Shown: positions 54,701 to 62,781 of the stretch, one piece after another | How the letters are laid out: each line of letters begins with the position of its first letter | Position numbering within the stretch: the stretch's first letter is position 1 | DNA from: Candidatus Latescibacterota bacterium | GTDB lineage: Bacteria; Latescibacterota; UBA2968; GCA-2709665 | Assembly: GCA_965208835.1 (NCBI GenBank) | Contig: OZ242358.1 | Span: forward strand, 2,176,001-2,240,000 | DNA length: 64,000 nt | Direction: 5' to 3' | Notes under the pieces: generated by a model | Databases searched by the model: none | What the model was told of the DNA's origin: nothing | Seen by the model: only the letters and a program-made list of their open reading frames with translations | Made by a program: the position numbers and the translations under genes

Positions 54701-55249
54701 ATGGCGTTGACAAAGTTCCATTATAGCAGTGAATGGGAAACGGACTTGAGCGGTGTGGTGGGTTTCCACCCGGCGACGATGGTCCGGAACCTTGAGCCCC
54801 GGGATCGGATGGGCGCAATCAAGGCGCTCGTGAACCGTCTGCACGGCTCGGGTTACGTGACCGACAGTTTGCGATTCCTGCAATCAGTTCTCGACAGGGA
54901 AGACCTTGAGAGTACCGCGGTCGGAAACGGGATCGCGTTTCCCCACGCACGTTGTGGCTCTGCCGCGCATCTCGGTATGGCGTTGGGCATTTCAACCCGT
55001 GGTGTGGACTTTCACTCGGATGTGCATCCCGAGCCGGTTCGACTCATATGCCTCGTGGCCGTGCCCGCGGAGGGCGATATCAGATATCTGCCCCTTCTGG
55101 GCTATCTGTGCCGGCTTTTCCATGAGGAATTTACCGAAACTTTCCTCGAGTCCCGTACTACAGAGGAAATGAACCGCCTTCTGCTGCGGCAGATGCGCCT
55201 GCACGGGGCTCTGCCGGAGGCGTGCATGGCGCACGCTCCGGCGACCTAG
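54701..55249 (+). CDS. Stand-alone PTS EIIA-domain protein (PtsN/fructose-mannitol EIIA family)
   Basis: VLDREDLESTAVGNGIAFPHAR (phospho-His), GVDF, PVRLI; start at 54701 (GGAG upstream) is tentative. Confidence 0.85.
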   Translation: MALTKFHYSSEWETDLSGVVGFHPATMVRNLEPRDRMGAIKALVNRLHGSGYVTDSLRFLQSVLDREDLESTAVGNGIAFPHARCGSAAHLGMALGISTRGVDFHSDVHPEPVRLICLVAVPAEGDIRYLPLLGYLCRLFHEEFTETFLESRTTEEMNRLLLRQMRLHGALPEACMAHAPAT

Positions 55250-55410
55250 AAGCTGTCTTAAAATTCCCAGCGGTCTTCGCGCGGCTGCAAAAGCGCCGGT
55301 CGGCGTTGGTCAAATCCACCCGTATAGGCAAATATGGGCGGATTCTCCCGCCTTGACCGCCACTTTTTCGCTCGCGCTCGGGAACTCACCGGCAATTTCA
55401 AAACAGCTTC
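55249..55410 (+). mobile_element. MITE family B, copy 3 (162 bp, short central hairpin)
   Basis: GAAGCTGTCTTAAAATT/AATTTCAAAACAGCTTC ends; its first G completes the EIIA TAG stop. Confidence 0.85.
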
Positions 55411-55452
55411 TTAGACACGCAAACGCACACTGATTTTCCGGAGGTTAGACAC

Positions 55453-56304
55453 GTGGCTGGAATAATGATTCAGGACAGCGAGTCTCTGGACCTCTATCTC
55501 AGGGATATCGCTTCTTCGGAGCCGCTTAACGCCGAGACCGAGATCGCACTCGCGCATCGGATCCGAAAGGGAGACCAGAAGGCCAGAGACAGGCTGGTTG
55601 CTTCGAATCTTCGTTTCGTGGTCAGCGTCGCAAGGGAATACCAGAACCACGGCGTGCCGTTGGCCGATCTCATCAGCGCGGGAAACATGGGTCTGATGAC
55701 GGCCGCCGAACGATTTGACGGGACGCGGGGGTTCAAGTTCATATCCTACGCGGTCTGGTGGATCCGCCAGGCCATACATCAAAGTCTGGCGCAGGATTCG
55801 CGAGTGGTGAGGTTGCCCATCAACCGTATCGACCTGTTGCACAACATCGCGAAGGTCTCGCGGGAGATACGACAGACGGAAGAGGCCGACCCGGATCCTG
55901 AGACGATTGCAGAGAAGCTCGGCGTTTCCGTGGATATGGTACAGGATACGCTTCTGAGAGCACGGGATGTCTGGTCGCTCGATGCATCTTTCAAAGACGA
56001 CGACGACCACAGCCTGCTGCATATCCTGCCGGACAGCTCTCAAAAAGCGCCGGACCTCGAAGTGGTCGACGAGTCGGTCAAGGACCAGGTGAAGATGGTC
56101 CTTGAAACGCTCGACGCTCGTGAAGCGGAAGTGTTGCGGCTCTATTTCGGGCTGGGTGACGAAGAAGCGATGACGTTGGAGGAAATCGGCACCCGGTTCA
56201 GCCTTACCCGGGAACGGGTCCGACAAATCAAGGAAAAGGCCCTACGGCGACTGCGGCATCCGCGGCGACGGCTGCAGCTGGAGCCGTTGATGGAGTCTGC
56301 ATAA
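55453..56304 (+). CDS. sigma70-family sigma factor, short RpoD/RpoS-like form lacking region 1.1
   Basis: SLDLYLRDI, NLRFVVSVA, GFKFISYAVWWIRQ, SLD, TLEEIG..LTRERVRQI; GGAGG before GTG. Confidence 0.95.
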   Translation: MAGIMIQDSESLDLYLRDIASSEPLNAETEIALAHRIRKGDQKARDRLVASNLRFVVSVAREYQNHGVPLADLISAGNMGLMTAAERFDGTRGFKFISYAVWWIRQAIHQSLAQDSRVVRLPINRIDLLHNIAKVSREIRQTEEADPDPETIAEKLGVSVDMVQDTLLRARDVWSLDASFKDDDDHSLLHILPDSSQKAPDLEVVDESVKDQVKMVLETLDAREAEVLRLYFGLGDEEAMTLEEIGTRFSLTRERVRQIKEKALRRLRHPRRRLQLEPLMESA

Positions 56305-56373
56305 ATGCAATCGCCGGGGTCGTAAGTTTTCCTTACCGGCCGCCGGAACACGAAGACTCCTGGAGCGGAAATC

Positions 56374-56412
56374 ACGGGTTGGAGACGAAAAATGGTCTCC
56401 GCCCGTTTTTTT
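56374..56412 (+). terminator. Rho-independent terminator
   Basis: ACGGGTTGGAGAC...GTCTCCGCCCGT followed by a T-run. Confidence 0.7.
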
Positions 56413-56554
56413 GTCTGTTCCTGACGCCTGCCCGCTAACAGTATCGGTGTCGGGAACCTCGACATGAATCCGGTTTCAGCCTGTCTCGTGGCGGCAATTC
56501 AACGGATAAATTGATGAAAGAGCCGTCTTTTTGCTTCATTCGGTATCGGCGCAC

Positions 56555-56584
56555 TTGACAAAATCCCACAATCGGGCCTATATT
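56555..56584 (+). promoter_or_regulatory. sigma70 promoter of the HU gene
   Basis: TTGACA-18 bp-TATATT. Confidence 0.6.
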
Positions 56585-56616
56585 CAGGGCAAATTCCAGA
56601 AAGGGGGTGAATTGCC

Positions 56617-56892
56617 ATGTCGAACAGGACCGATCTAGTCGATGCCATCGCAAATCAGGCCGGTCTGTCAAAAAGGAATGCGGAAGCCGCACTGCGGGTC
56701 GTTCTGAACGAAATCGCCGATTCGCTCAAGAGTGGCGATCGCGTCGCCATTTCCGGGTTCGGGACGTTTTCGGTCGGATCCAGAGCCGCGCGTACCGGTC
56801 GAAATCCTCAGACGGGTGAGACAATTCAGATATCCGCGGGTAAGACCGTTCGCTTCAAAGCTGGCAAGGCGCTTAAGGACGCTGTCAATTAG
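56617..56892 (+). CDS. hup: DNA-binding protein HU
   Basis: NRTDLV, GFGTF, RAARTGRNPQTGETIQI, FKAGKALKDAVN. Confidence 0.97.
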   Translation: MSNRTDLVDAIANQAGLSKRNAEAALRVVLNEIADSLKSGDRVAISGFGTFSVGSRAARTGRNPQTGETIQISAGKTVRFKAGKALKDAVN

Positions 56893-56917
56893 CCGACAAT
56901 TCGTCATTTCCTGAATT

Positions 56918-56955
56918 AGAGCCTCGAGAGCAACACATGTTCGGGGCTTTTTTTC
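56918..56955 (+). terminator. Rho-independent terminator
   Basis: AGAGCCTCGA...TCGGGGCTTT stem with a T-run. Confidence 0.7.
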
Positions 56956-56984
56956 TTGACAGCGAGGGCTCCTGGAAATATACT
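56956..56984 (+). promoter_or_regulatory. sigma70 promoter
   Basis: TTGACA-17 bp-TATACT. Confidence 0.7.
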
Positions 56985-57036
56985 GTTTCGCGCGTCGCAG
57001 GGTGCATTCAACAATGACGCATTTATGGAGACAGCG

Positions 57037-57555
57037 ATGAATCGGCGAACGATGTTCGCATTACTGACGGTGTGTGCGGGGTTGACGTTCGGCTGCAGCG
57101 ACCGCTTGGAGCAGATGCAGGCGCAGCTTGCAGGCAAGTGGGAATTGGAGTCACGAACGCTGCCCGACGGCACGGTGCTTCGAAAACCCGAGGTCTCGGG
57201 GGTGTTCTCGTGGCAACCGATCGATTCCAGAAAAGCCCACGTAACGTTGAATATGCTGGTGAACTCGGGCGGCGAAAAACCCAGAACATACGATTTTGCC
57301 GCAAGCAAGTACGAGATTTCCACCTCGGCAATTACCCGTTCCAGGTATCTGCTCATCCGGCAGGGCTACCGCTCCTCTTTCGACGCGCCAATCACGGTTT
57401 ATCATAAGGCCAAGGTCGAAAAGGGCAAAATCACGCTGGAAGACGGGCTGATTCGCATCACGCACGAGCGGGGGTACAGCGAGGAGTTCCGGGGCGATCA
57501 GATGGTCGCGTCGTTCCCCGACGTATTTGTGGATAACTGGAAGCGAGTGCGCTGA
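57037..57555 (+). CDS. Lipoprotein, lipocalin-like beta-barrel
   Basis: Lipobox LTFGC; LAGKWELES (GxW motif); C-terminal WKRVR. Confidence 0.7.
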   Translation: MNRRTMFALLTVCAGLTFGCSDRLEQMQAQLAGKWELESRTLPDGTVLRKPEVSGVFSWQPIDSRKAHVTLNMLVNSGGEKPRTYDFAASKYEISTSAITRSRYLLIRQGYRSSFDAPITVYHKAKVEKGKITLEDGLIRITHERGYSEEFRGDQMVASFPDVFVDNWKRVR

Positions 57556-57656
57556 AACCGTAGCTAATGTATGGCGAGCCGTCCTGAAATCCCGCAAGGG
57601 GTGCAGTATTCTGATGAGCCGACGTCGTCAGAATCGCCGTGGACCCCGATTGAAAG

Positions 57657-57686
57657 AGGCCGGACAATTCTCCGAGCCTTTTTTTT
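57657..57686 (+). terminator. Rho-independent terminator or attenuator
   Basis: AGGCCGGA-CAATTC-TCCGAGCCT followed by a T-run. Confidence 0.7.
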
Positions 57687-57824
57687 GTCCTTGTCCCGAT
57701 CACGGCAGAGATCTCATAGGCCTGTTGTCGGACCCCCTGCCTCTTTCCCCGAAGCCGGGAGAGATTCCGTTCCTTCAGGAACAGATGATGTCACTTGGGC
57801 CTGCCGGCTTCCTGGTGTACTTTG

Positions 57825-57876
57825 GAAGGTGTTTTAAATTACCGGTGAGTTTCCGAGCCCGCGCGAAACAGTGGCG
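57825..57876 (-). mobile_element. MITE family B, isolated right-end fragment
   Basis: GAAGGTGTTTTAAATTACCGGTGAGTTTCCGAGCCCGCGCGAAACAGTGGCG matches the reverse complement of the family B right arm. Confidence 0.75.
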
Positions 57877-57910
57877 CTTATGAAGAGCGAGAGCCGCAAG
57901 GAGACACACT

Positions 57911-59332
57911 ATGGGCAGGTTTTTTGAGCCGCTGAAAAAATTCGAAATCAGAAAGATGCCGGAGCGGAAACCGTCCTTCTGGAAACTGGCCGGCCCGGGC
58001 GCAATTCTGGTAGGCCTTTCCATCGGCGCGGGTGAGATCGTAATCTGGCCGCGCATCGTGGCCGAATACGGAGCCGGTATGGTGTGGGCGGCCTGCCTGG
58101 GCATATTTCTCCAACTCTGGATCAACTTCGAAGTGGGACGCTGGACGGTCGCCACCGGTGAAACGGTATATACGGGATACAGCCGGGTGTGGCGCGGATT
58201 TGCGCCTGTATTCATTCTGTTGACGATCTTCAGCTGGATCGCACCGGGGTGGGGGCGGGCATCCGGACTGGCCTTGAAGGCACTTCTGGCGGGACCGCAC
58301 GGATGGGGTTCGGATACGTTCTGGACGATCATCACCTTTGCGGGTGTGGCTCTGATTCTCTTCGGTCCGAAGTTGATCTACCAGTCCGTCGAGCGGAGTA
58401 TCGAACTTCTCGTTGTGGTGGTAACCGTCGGCCTGATCGCGGTCGCGTACGCAGTCGGATCGGCAGAGACGTGGGCAACGCTGGGAAGAGGTATTGCCAA
58501 TATCGGTTACATCGATCCTGGAATGAGTGTAAAGTCGATGTTTATCGCACTTGTATTCGCCGGCGCCGGAGGTACGGCGAATTTATTCTATACGTTTTAC
58601 CTGCGCGACAAGCATGTCGGTATGGGCGCGCATCTGCCCCAGATGCGGAATCCGCTTCGAGGTCGGACCGAAGCCATGCCCTCGACCGGATTCCGTTTTG
58701 AGGAGACAGAAGAGAACATCGGTCGTTTCAGAAGCTGGTTCGACTACGTGAAGAAGGATCAGATGCTGTTTTTCTGGGCCCTGAATTCCGTAACCATTCT
58801 GCTCTTCATCTTTGGTGCGCTTGCGGTATTGCACCCCAACGGAATCGTACCTGCGAGGGGTACGCTGATCTGGGACGAAGCGGCGGTTCTGGCAACGGTC
58901 TGGGGGGAGACGGGCAGGTATGTCTTCCTGATTGTGGGACTGGCCACACTCTTCAGTACTCAACTCGCTCTAGTCGACGGGGTGTCGCGATCGATCGCCG
59001 ACATCATCTACACCAATTTCAAAATGGCGCGAAGGCGGGACTTGAGCTGGTGGTATCTTGTCGTTGCGGCTACATGGATTGTAGCCGGTTGCGTGATCAC
59101 TTACGTGATGGAAGCCCGTGGCGTGAGCGAATTGGGATTTCTGTTCAACGCGGCATATATCGGCGGATTCGCGATGGCGCTCTACACGCCCCTGACGCTC
59201 TATATCAACCATCGTCATCTGCCCGCGGCCGCACGTCCCGGATGGCTGTGTACAGGTATGATGTCGATTGCTTCGCTGATATACATCGCCTTTGCCGTGG
59301 CGTGTGTGATCTGGGAGTTCGGGCGGTTCTGA
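57911..59332 (+). CDS. Nramp-related (APC/LeuT-fold) secondary transporter
   Basis: About 11 TM segments; GPGAILVGLSIGAGE, RWTVATGET; lacks the MntH DPGN motif. Confidence 0.8.
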   Translation: MGRFFEPLKKFEIRKMPERKPSFWKLAGPGAILVGLSIGAGEIVIWPRIVAEYGAGMVWAACLGIFLQLWINFEVGRWTVATGETVYTGYSRVWRGFAPVFILLTIFSWIAPGWGRASGLALKALLAGPHGWGSDTFWTIITFAGVALILFGPKLIYQSVERSIELLVVVVTVGLIAVAYAVGSAETWATLGRGIANIGYIDPGMSVKSMFIALVFAGAGGTANLFYTFYLRDKHVGMGAHLPQMRNPLRGRTEAMPSTGFRFEETEENIGRFRSWFDYVKKDQMLFFWALNSVTILLFIFGALAVLHPNGIVPARGTLIWDEAAVLATVWGETGRYVFLIVGLATLFSTQLALVDGVSRSIADIIYTNFKMARRRDLSWWYLVVAATWIVAGCVITYVMEARGVSELGFLFNAAYIGGFAMALYTPLTLYINHRHLPAAARPGWLCTGMMSIASLIYIAFAVACVIWEFGRF

Positions 59333-59359
59333 GTCATATCGCATGAGAGGGCGTTCATC

Positions 59360-60442
59360 ATGTCCTTTGACGGTGAATTCTTCCGCGTGGCGCTGACCGC
59401 CGATTTTTACGATTCCGAGGGGGTGTGCAAGTTCAAGGATATGGGACTGGCGGCATTCGACAACCATGCCCACATCAAAACCTCGGTATTCGATGGGCAT
59501 CGGACGGAGATCGGCGTCGACCAGGTAGCGGACGTGCAGGGCGTCTTGGTACTGACGCCGGCGGTGACCGCCGAGACCGTGTCCGCTTCGGAAGATCTGC
59601 TGGCCATCGGGCGCTTCGGTGTGGGGTACGATTCCGTGGACGTCGGAGCCTGCACCGAAGCCGACGTCGTCGTGCTCATTACGTCCGGCGCGGTCGACCG
59701 TTCCGTGGCCGAGGCTACCGTGGGATGGATGATTGCGTTGACTCACCACATGCGCGTCAAGGACCGCCTGGTGCGTACCGGGGAGTGGGATGCGCGAACC
59801 GGATATATGGGAAGTGAGCTGAGAGACCGGACGTTCGGGGCCGTGGGGCTGGGGGGAATTGCGCGGGAGACGGTGCGGCTGCTGGGTACGTTCGGAATGA
59901 ATCCGCCCCTGGCATTCGACCCTTACGTGGACCCGGGCGAGGCGGGAAGACTGGGGGTGGCTCTGGTGTCGCTTCAGGAGTTGATGGCGGCGTCGGACTT
60001 CGTGTCGGTCCACTGTCCGTTGACCCGGGAGACGGAGGGGCTGATCGGCAGGCGGGAACTGTCCGCGATGAAACGCGGCGCTTTTCTGATCAACACCGCG
60101 AGGGGCGGCATCGTGGATGAGGATGCACTGTACGACGCCCTGGAGTCCGGCGGAATAGGCGGCGCCGCGGTGGATTGTTTCGAGGTGGAGCCGGTGGTGG
60201 AACCGCAACGGTTCGGCAAATTTGACAACGTCCTGCTGGCGCCGCATTCGGTGGCCTGGACGGATGAGCTGTTCCGTGACATCGGACTGGCGGCCTGCCG
60301 GAGCATGGTGGATCTGTCACTCGGGACGCTCCCCAGGGGCGTGGTCAATCCGGAGGTACTCGACCGCCAGGGATTTCAGGAGAAGTGGGCGCGGCTCCGA
60401 CGTCGACGGGACCGCGGCGCGTCAGGAAGCCGCACGGCTTGA
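59360..60442 (+). CDS. D-isomer-specific 2-hydroxyacid dehydrogenase
   Basis: GVGYDSVD, GLGGIA, HCPLT, INTARGG, DCFEVEP, APH. Confidence 0.93.
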   Translation: MSFDGEFFRVALTADFYDSEGVCKFKDMGLAAFDNHAHIKTSVFDGHRTEIGVDQVADVQGVLVLTPAVTAETVSASEDLLAIGRFGVGYDSVDVGACTEADVVVLITSGAVDRSVAEATVGWMIALTHHMRVKDRLVRTGEWDARTGYMGSELRDRTFGAVGLGGIARETVRLLGTFGMNPPLAFDPYVDPGEAGRLGVALVSLQELMAASDFVSVHCPLTRETEGLIGRRELSAMKRGAFLINTARGGIVDEDALYDALESGGIGGAAVDCFEVEPVVEPQRFGKFDNVLLAPHSVAWTDELFRDIGLAACRSMVDLSLGTLPRGVVNPEVLDRQGFQEKWARLRRRRDRGASGSRTA

Positions 60443-60491
60443 AGAGGGGGCGTTCGAGCCGCAAGCAGGTGTCGCAAAAGGGGGGTTATCC

Positions 60492-61967
60492 GTGGCTGAA
60501 GTAATCAGGACTCATCCGGAAAACAGAAAGGTCTTCGACTATCGCGGCAGGGCCCTGGTGCTGCTTTGTGCGACCGAGCATTATGGTGCGGTGATCAACC
60601 GGCCGTTCCGGTTCGAACGGTATCTGAAGGACGCGGCTGAGCGCGGGCAGACGCTGACACGTTTGTTCACGCTGTTCAGAGAGTTGCAGACGCCTGTAAA
60701 CCCGTACTCGACCTGCAAGCCCGAATCGCCCGACTATGTCGCGCCGTTCGAGCGGACGGGCCCTGGTAACGCGCTGGACGGACAGCCGCAGTTCGATCTT
60801 TCCCGCTGGAATGCCGAGTACTTCGATCGGTTGCATGCATTTCTGTCTCTTTCGGAGTCGTATGGCATCATCGTGGAGGTGGTACTCTTCAGCAATACCT
60901 ACAAGGACGAGGTCTGGGCGCTCAATCCGCTGAATCCCGCCAACAACATAACAATGGAAACCCCGGATCAGCCGGTACCCTGGCAGGAGTATATGACGTG
61001 CCGCCGGACGGAGCTGCTGGAGTGGCAGCGCGCGCACGTGCGGCGCATCGTGGAGGAAACCAACCGGTACGGGAACGTCATTTACGAAATCTGCAACGAA
61101 CCGTGTCATTTTCCCGTAACGGACGGCATGCCGGGAGCCGAGGAGGTGAACGGCTGGCAGGCGCAGTTCATTGCGCAGATCCGCGAGATTGAGAGCGGGA
61201 TGCCGAACCGGCACCTGATCGCCGGTCAGGAAGCGATGACGATCAGACCGTTCGATCAGCCCTCCGACGGATCGTTCGAGACAATGGATTTCGACGTCGT
61301 AAATATCCATCCGCTTCCGAATACCCTTTGCGATGGTCGAAGTTATGATCTCGGGGACTTCATGTCCAAGCAGCTCAAGTTGAGGCCGTTGCGTGACTTT
61401 ACCCTCGCCGCATACGGACGACCGAAACCGCTGAATCACGACGAGGACAATATCGCAACGCAGTACAAGGAAGAGGAAGGATGGACGGTGCACCGCAAGC
61501 GGGCCTGGACAGCGCTGTTTTCCGGGGCCCATTACGATATGATCGACTTCTCCATCCTGCCGTACCTCGAAACGGGAACGCCCGACTCCCGAAACGGGAT
61601 TCGACAGTGGATGGGCAATTTGTCCGGGTTCATCCATTCCGTCGATCTCGCCAGGGCGCGCCCGGTCATGCCGGGGTGGCTTCGGGAACAACCCGACCAT
61701 ACCCTGGAATCGGTGTTCGCGGTCTCGGGCGAAGACTATTGCATCTATCTGGCCGACGCCCGCGAGCGGGAGGAGGCCGGGTGCGGCGATCCGATCCAGG
61801 GCGGGCTCTGTTTCGATCTGCCGCCGGGAGCGTTCGAGATGTCCTGTTTCTCTCCTTCGGACGGCGTTTATTCTCCTCGTACTCCTCTTGGCGGCGGCGA
61901 ATCGCGCCGGGTGTTTCTGCCACCGTTTCGGCACGACATTGTCATACGCGTCACGAAAGTGGAGTAA
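60492..61967 (+). CDS. Glycoside-hydrolase-like TIM-barrel protein (clan GH-A/GH5-like)
   Basis: YFDRL, GIIVEVVLF, YEICNEP (acid/base), NIH, PLNHDE (putative nucleophile); no signal peptide; GTG start. Confidence 0.75.
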   Translation: MAEVIRTHPENRKVFDYRGRALVLLCATEHYGAVINRPFRFERYLKDAAERGQTLTRLFTLFRELQTPVNPYSTCKPESPDYVAPFERTGPGNALDGQPQFDLSRWNAEYFDRLHAFLSLSESYGIIVEVVLFSNTYKDEVWALNPLNPANNITMETPDQPVPWQEYMTCRRTELLEWQRAHVRRIVEETNRYGNVIYEICNEPCHFPVTDGMPGAEEVNGWQAQFIAQIREIESGMPNRHLIAGQEAMTIRPFDQPSDGSFETMDFDVVNIHPLPNTLCDGRSYDLGDFMSKQLKLRPLRDFTLAAYGRPKPLNHDEDNIATQYKEEEGWTVHRKRAWTALFSGAHYDMIDFSILPYLETGTPDSRNGIRQWMGNLSGFIHSVDLARARPVMPGWLREQPDHTLESVFAVSGEDYCIYLADAREREEAGCGDPIQGGLCFDLPPGAFEMSCFSPSDGVYSPRTPLGGGESRRVFLPPFRHDIVIRVTKVE

Positions 61968-61971
61968 CGCA

Positions 61972-62781
61972 ATGATGCGAATGGAGGGACAGGTTGCCTG
62001 GGTGAGCGGCGGCGCTTCCGGAATGGGAGAGGCCACGGCAGAACTGTTCGCTGCGGAGGGTGCCCGCGTGGCCGTTGTCGACGTCCAGGAGGAACGCGGT
62101 CTCCAGGTGGTGAACCGCATTGCGGAACAGGGCGGAGATGCGGTCTTTCTGGCCTGTGACGTGGCAGAGGAAGGACAGGTGCGGGCTTCGATCGATACGA
62201 CCGTGGCGCGTTTCGGGAAGCTCCAGGCCGTTGTCAATTGCGCGGGAATCGTACACGTGGGGCGCCTCCATGAATATACGGAGAAGGATTGGGACCGGCT
62301 GATGGGGGTAAATCTCAAGTCGATTTATTTTTCGCTCAAGTACGCCATCCCTCACTTCAGGGAGCATCGGCGAAGTTATATGGTGAATATAGGATCGGTG
62401 GGAAGCCTTATCGGTCAGGCCGACACGCCCGCGTATACCACGTCCAAGCACGCGGTGCTGGGATTGAGCCGTTCGATCGCTCTGGACTACGCCAGGGACG
62501 GACTGCGCTGCAACTGCATATGCCCTGGCATAACGGACACACCCATGCTGCGGTACCATCTGAGTACGACCCCGGATCCGGCGGCCACGCTGGCGCAGCG
62601 CCTGAAGCGCGTCCCGACCGGAGCCGTCATCCGGTCCGTGGATGTCGCACGGGCAGCGGTTTACTTCTGCTCCGAGGCGTCCGCGGGGATTACCGGCACG
62701 TCCCTGGTGATCGATGGCGGATATATCGCCGCGGCCGAGTGGGAGACGTCGGGGCCAACACGATTCGCGGAGGAGCCTTGA
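61972..62781 (+). CDS. Short-chain dehydrogenase/reductase
   Basis: SGGASGMG, NCAG, NIGS, YTTSK, CPGITDT. Confidence 0.95.
   Translation: MMRMEGQVAWVSGGASGMGEATAELFAAEGARVAVVDVQEERGLQVVNRIAEQGGDAVFLACDVAEEGQVRASIDTTVARFGKLQAVVNCAGIVHVGRLHEYTEKDWDRLMGVNLKSIYFSLKYAIPHFREHRRSYMVNIGSVGSLIGQADTPAYTTSKHAVLGLSRSIALDYARDGLRCNCICPGITDTPMLRYHLSTTPDPAATLAQRLKRVPTGAVIRSVDVARAAVYFCSEASAGITGTSLVIDGGYIAAAEWETSGPTRFAEEP

Noticed and set aside
16428-55410. Repeats as a CRISPR array or REP/RAYT system
   Set aside because: Copies are dispersed, 146-186 bp, with terminal inverted repeats; no spacers, cas genes or RAYT gene in the window.
56617-56892. HU as part of the sigma54-driven transcript
   Set aside because: Separated by a terminator and preceded by its own TTGACA/TATATT promoter.
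57580-57625. Hammerhead ribozyme-like words (GAAA, stem, CTGATGAG)
   Set aside because: The cleavage-site base would be G, only 7 nt are available for stem I, and CTGATGA is sequestered in a stronger hairpin.
60486-62318. 610-aa minus-strand ORF (similarly 34766-36076, 44152-45441, 58970-60247, 52690-53727)
   Set aside because: Antisense shadows of well-supported genes.
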